Assembly: GCA_019058365.1 (NCBI GenBank)
Contig: JAHPZE010000004.1
Coordinates: forward strand, 192,001 to 256,000
Source: Promethearchaeota archaeon
GTDB lineage: Archaea; Asgardarchaeota; Lokiarchaeia; Sigyniarchaeales; SOKP01
Direction: 5' to 3'
Length of the DNA: 64,000 nucleotides
Part shown: in pieces, positions 59,868-64,000 of the stretch
How the letters are laid out: every line of letters begins with the position of its first letter
How positions within the stretch are numbered: the stretch's first letter is position 1
Notes under the pieces: model-generated
Told to the model about the DNA's origin: nothing
The model's input: the letters and a program-made list of their open reading frames with translations, nothing else
The model's database searches: none
Made by a program: the position numbers and the translations under genes

Positions 59868-61181
59868 TTATTTCAAATAATCTGGAACTATTTGATTTCT
59901 TATTAGGTCATCAAACGTTTCTTCATTACGGATTTTGAATATATTACCATCATTTATTAAGAGTTCTGCTGGTCTTGGTCTTGAATTATAAGAACTACTC
60001 ATAGTAAATCCATACGCACCCGCATCTAATATTGCGAGATAGTCTCCTTCGTTCAATTCGGGTAAATCTCTTTCCTTACCAAGGATATCTCCTGATTCAC
60101 ATATAGGTCCTACAATATCATATTTCAATATTTTTTCTTTATTTCTCTGATTGCAAACTATAATATGATGATATGAGCCATACAAAGTAGGCCGAATTAA
60201 AGTGTTAAATCCCGCATCTAACCCGGCAAACAATTTATAACCATTATCTTTTATGGTGTTTATTTGTGTTAAAATAATGCTTGATTCTGCTGAAATATAA
60301 CGTCCAGGTTCAATAAAAAGAAAAGGTTCTCCAATTTCTCCTTTTTCTACAATTTCTTTAAATCTAGTAAAAACAATTTCACTATATATATTTAAATCAA
60401 TCGGATCCTGTTCTGGATGATAGGGAATTCCAAGACCTCCCCCAAAGTCTACAAACTCAAATTGAATCCCTAATTGCGATGACAATTTTTCTATAATAGT
60501 AAGAAATTTCTCAGTAGGGTTTTCATAATTTTTAGTATCAATAATCCCCGACCCAATATGCTGGTGAATCCCGAATTTTTTAAAACCTAATTCCTTAGCC
60601 TTCGTATATGCTTTAATCATCTGATTCTCTAATATACCAAATTTAATTTCTTTCCCTGCTGTTATAGTATGAGGATGATGTCCCGCTCCGAATTCAGGAT
60701 TAAACCTAAAAGAAATGATTGATTTATCTTTTCCTTTTTTCTCATATATTTTTGCTAATCTAATTAATTGGCTATAGCTGTCTAAGTTAGTTAGCACATT
60801 ATTATCAATAGCAAATTTAAAATCATTATTAGTAAACATATTTCCCGTATATATTATTCGATCTGGTGAAACCCCCGATTTCAAACATGTATAAATCTCT
60901 CCTGTTGATGAGCAATCTAAACTTGATCCTTCAGAAACTAATATTTTTAAAATTGATAAATTAGTATTTGATTTTATGGCATAGTAGATTTTATTTCTTT
61001 TATATCCTAAATTCAAAGTATCTTTTAATTCTCTATACCTCTCTCGAATCTTTTGTTCATTTATAACATAAATAGGAGTACCAAATTTTTTTGCAATTTC
61101 TAATGTATTCAAATTAGCAAAATATAGATTTCCATCGCGGTATTCTAAATCTTTCCTATCCAACCAATCAATATAATTCAT
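59868..61181 (-). CDS. lysA: Diaminopimelate decarboxylase
   Basis: FGTPIY, YAIKSN, HQHIGS, DFGGG, EPGR, GPICESGD, GAYG..MSSSYNSRPRPAE. Confidence 0.93.
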   Translation of the reverse strand: MNYIDWLDRKDLEYRDGNLYFANLNTLEIAKKFGTPIYVINEQKIRERYRELKDTLNLGYKRNKIYYAIKSNTNLSILKILVSEGSSLDCSSTGEIYTCLKSGVSPDRIIYTGNMFTNNDFKFAIDNNVLTNLDSYSQLIRLAKIYEKKGKDKSIISFRFNPEFGAGHHPHTITAGKEIKFGILENQMIKAYTKAKELGFKKFGIHQHIGSGIIDTKNYENPTEKFLTIIEKLSSQLGIQFEFVDFGGGLGIPYHPEQDPIDLNIYSEIVFTRFKEIVEKGEIGEPFLFIEPGRYISAESSIILTQINTIKDNGYKLFAGLDAGFNTLIRPTLYGSYHHIIVCNQRNKEKILKYDIVGPICESGDILGKERDLPELNEGDYLAILDAGAYGFTMSSSYNSRPRPAELLINDGNIFKIRNEETFDDLIRNQIVPDYLK

Positions 61182-61256
61182 AATATAACACAATTAGGTT
61201 ATTAAAGTGATTTATTTCTGAGAAAATCAAATTAATCTTCTCTTAAAAGTAACTCG

Positions 61257-62138
61257 TTAAATCTCGATTCTCTCAATTATACCATCAAAAACTTTTTCTA
61301 TCGGACCTTCCATAAGAACTCTTTTGCCATTATAGGTTATCTTTAAATCCCCGCCGTCGTTATGCACTAATATAGGTGTATTTTCTTCAAAAATACCCAA
61401 TATAGTGCCTGCTACAACAGAAGCACAAGCTCCTGTACCACATGATTTAGTGATTCCAACACCTCTTTCAAACACTCTTACAATGCTCTCTTTCTCAGAA
61501 ATTATATTAACGAATTCAACGTTTACCTTATTTGGAAAGCACTCATGAGATTCTATTGCCGCTCCATACATATTTAATTTGTTATCATTTAGGAGTTCTT
61601 TGGTAAATATAACTGCGTGTGGATTTCCCATTGAAACCGCCGTAAAGTTAAAAATTTTATCCAAAATCACTAATTGTTCATTAACACATCGATTCACCAG
61701 GCTATCTAAAATAACAGGAATTTCTTCACAATTCAGAATTGGTGGTCCCATATCAATTTCCACACTATTAACTTTATGATCAACAATGTTAAGTTTTGCT
61801 AATAGGATACCCTTGAGAGTTTCTATTGTGATCTCCTCTTTTTTTACAATATCATTCTCATAGATATATTTTGAAAAACATCTTATCCCATTCCCACACA
61901 TTTCCGCTTCTAATCCATCATTATTAAATATCCTCATTTTAATATCAGCATCTTTAGATTCACAAACAAAAATTAAACCATCTGCTCCTATTGAAAAATG
62001 AATTTCACACAATTTTAGTGCTAAGGATGATTTTTTCTCTTCTGGAATATTCCATCTAATATCATTAATTATTACATAATCATTACCTAATCCATGATAT
62101 TTACCAAAATCCAAATTTTCTATAATTAAATACGCCAT
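61257..62138 (-). CDS. dapF: Diaminopimelate epimerase
   Basis: KYHGLGND, GADG, EMCGNG, SMGNPH, VFERGVG..SCGTGA. Confidence 0.93.
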   Translation of the reverse strand: MAYLIIENLDFGKYHGLGNDYVIINDIRWNIPEEKKSSLALKLCEIHFSIGADGLIFVCESKDADIKMRIFNNDGLEAEMCGNGIRCFSKYIYENDIVKKEEITIETLKGILLAKLNIVDHKVNSVEIDMGPPILNCEEIPVILDSLVNRCVNEQLVILDKIFNFTAVSMGNPHAVIFTKELLNDNKLNMYGAAIESHECFPNKVNVEFVNIISEKESIVRVFERGVGITKSCGTGACASVVAGTILGIFEENTPILVHNDGGDLKITYNGKRVLMEGPIEKVFDGIIERIEI

Positions 62139-62277
62139 GAAATCTCTAAGGTATATGCTTAAGACAATATTATTAAATTTTATTCAAAATTCAACAAAAA
62201 GATCTAAAGTGAATTTTAATTAAAACTCATAATTATATTATAATATATTTTTTGAATATGTTACGGTAACTTTTATA

Positions 62278-62829
62278 ATGAATTATAAAAAGATATTAAT
62301 ATCAATTTTTTTACTTTTGATGATAGTTCCAATTAATAATACTATAGCTTTCACTTATATTGATAATGTTAATAATGGAAATTACACTTTCTTCCTAACT
62401 GATTTGGATGAAAGCCAAAATATTGAGCTTAGTTTAACTCATACCGAAAGTGGAAATTTTACTCTTTTTCTGTTCAACGTAAGACCTGTACAATCTTATA
62501 TAAATAATGATAATACTTTAAATAAAGTCATTTTTAATACTCCACCTACTGTTGCATATAGTCTGGACGATAACCCATATATCAATTATACAGCAACAGA
62601 AGAAAAGATTTATTATATTGAGATAATATTAGTCAGTGGTGGACCAGATACTTTTTTTTTAACATCTACTATAACTTATACCAACGGAACAGTAATAAAT
62701 AAAGATTTAACAAGATATTACCTCCCAATAATACCTGGTTTTGAATTAGAATTGGTTATATTTTCACTAATCTTTGCTTTAGGGCTAATTATTATCTATT
62801 ACAAGAAAAGTATTAGAAGAATTTCATAG
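62278..62829 (+). CDS. Secreted/surface protein with IPGF C-terminal sorting signal
   Basis: N-terminal signal peptide; C-terminal IPGF plus TM helix plus KKSIRR; several N-x-T sequons. Confidence 0.7.
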   Translation: MNYKKILISIFLLLMIVPINNTIAFTYIDNVNNGNYTFFLTDLDESQNIELSLTHTESGNFTLFLFNVRPVQSYINNDNTLNKVIFNTPPTVAYSLDDNPYINYTATEEKIYYIEIILVSGGPDTFFLTSTITYTNGTVINKDLTRYYLPIIPGFELELVIFSLIFALGLIIIYYKKSIRRIS

Positions 62830-62992
62830 TAAAAGACGAAATCCGACATTAATACTTTTTAAATAATTGTCAAATTCAATAAACAAATTTTAAATTTTTT
62901 ATAATGTTTTTTTCAATATTAATAAAATTTTTAGATTAAAAGTGTGATGAAAAATTTCATTCGATGAATTAAGCAAAAAATTAGCTAAATTT

Positions 62993-64000
62993 ATGAAAGA
63001 TACTGAAGAAATCGAACTCCAAGATGTAGATTTGTTTGCCGAATATCTTGAATTTCAAATGCTTCCAAGCATCGTACAAGCTGCTGCTCAAGCTGTACTG
63101 CCGGGAGTTCCAGGGAAAGCAGAATGGACACCTGCTAAATTTTCACTTGACTTAGAATATCCCGGAAAGATTGAAACTGTTGAATTTGTCCGTTCAAAGG
63201 GTAAAAGAGTTACTATTGGTGGTGAAGTAGTACCTCCATTTTACAATTTTTTGGGACTTGCTAAAAGAAATCCCCATCCTCCCCTCGTTACTTATGATGT
63301 ATTTGATATGGGTGCGGAAATGATGCTTCCAAAACCAATTAAGGAAGAATATGCTGATGTATTAGGACATCCCGCTGAATGGGCCAAATTTGCTGTTGAT
63401 AAGTTTGGTGCGGAATGTGTAACATTTCATTCACTTGGAATCGACCCTGGTACATTAGATTGGCCAATTTCAAAATCTAAAAAGTTATTTGAAGACATTC
63501 TCCAAGCTGTTGACGTTCCTGTTATTATTGGGTGCTCAGGGAATAAAAAGAAAGATGTAGAAATGTTCACAGAATTAGCAGCTATCTCTGAAAGCGAAGT
63601 TTTGATGTTATCTGCTGCTGATAAAGCAACATGGGAAGAAGTTATCCCTCTAGCTGTGAAATATGATCATAACTGCTTACTTTGGACGAGCTTAGATCTT
63701 AATAACCAAATTAAAATGAATAAAGATGCCTTGGAACTTGGACTTCCCCGTAATAGAATAGTAATGGACCCTACATGTGCTACATTAGGTTACGGTATGG
63801 AATATTCATTTAGTATTTATCAGAGAATGCGCGTTGCTGGATTATTAGGTGAAACGGATTTAGCATATCCCATAAGTGGAGGAACTACTAATGCTTGGGG
63901 TGCTAGGGAAGCTTGGATGAGCGAAAAAATAGCACCTGAATGGGGGTTAAGGCAATATCGTGGTCCTATGTGGGAGATTATTAATGCTTTAAGTTTATCG
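62993..64000 (+). CDS. cdhD: CO dehydrogenase/acetyl-CoA synthase delta subunit (corrinoid Fe-S small subunit); runs off the window end and is missing from the ORF track
   Basis: Own translation: VTIGGE, YDVFD, PAEWAK, AVDVPVIIGCSG, IVMDPTCATLGYGMEY, NAWGAREAW; frame open from 62951. Confidence 0.9.
   Translation, partial: MKDTEEIELQDVDLFAEYLEFQMLPSIVQAAAQAVLPGVPGKAEWTPAKFSLDLEYPGKIETVEFVRSKGKRVTIGGEVVPPFYNFLGLAKRNPHPPLVTYDVFDMGAEMMLPKPIKEEYADVLGHPAEWAKFAVDKFGAECVTFHSLGIDPGTLDWPISKSKKLFEDILQAVDVPVIIGCSGNKKKDVEMFTELAAISESEVLMLSAADKATWEEVIPLAVKYDHNCLLWTSLDLNNQIKMNKDALELGLPRNRIVMDPTCATLGYGMEYSFSIYQRMRVAGLLGETDLAYPISGGTTNAWGAREAWMSEKIAPEWGLRQYRGPMWEIINALSLS

Noticed and set aside
1441-61779. Many short ORFs in the track overlapping larger genes (e.g. 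1441-1644, 2659-3024, 9358-9678, 32656-32982, 48290-48514, 61579-61779)
   Set aside because: Antisense or alternate-frame shadows of well-supported genes, with no motifs
1-64000. CRISPR array, IS element, provirus or integrase at the tRNA
   Set aside because: No regularly spaced repeats, transposase or integrase motifs seen, and no duplicate of the tRNA 3' end noticed

Overview
AT-rich archaeal chromosomal window, most likely from an Asgard archaeon of the Lokiarchaeia. This is an inference from a Rag-type GTPase, archaeal TrpRS/thermosome/CDC48, GGTGA Shine-Dalgarno sites, a BHB tRNA intron and an IPGF-type C-terminal sorting signal. The centrepiece is a ~10.3 kb operon, hdrC-hdrB-hdrA'-hdrA''-mvhD(wHTH)-[hdrA'A''-mvhD fusion]-metV-metF, with a divergent FrhB/FpoF-family gene and a downstream Cys-rich Lrp. 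It is a candidate flavin-bifurcating methylene-pterin reductase; a second stand-alone metVF pair and cdhD give Wood-Ljungdahl context. Also present: three small GTPases, PEPCK, an hsp20-cdc48-HSR1/Phr-like heat-shock operon with a palindromic operator, DAP lysine genes (dapA, dapB, lysA, dapF), a GH2 glycosidase, an orphan N6A methyltransferase, tRNA-Pro(UGG) with a non-canonical 25/26 intron, a 111-bp direct repeat and several pseudogene remnants. Two genes appear to start at ATA codons. No CRISPR array, rRNA or transposase was seen. All calls come from motif reading; no database searches were run.
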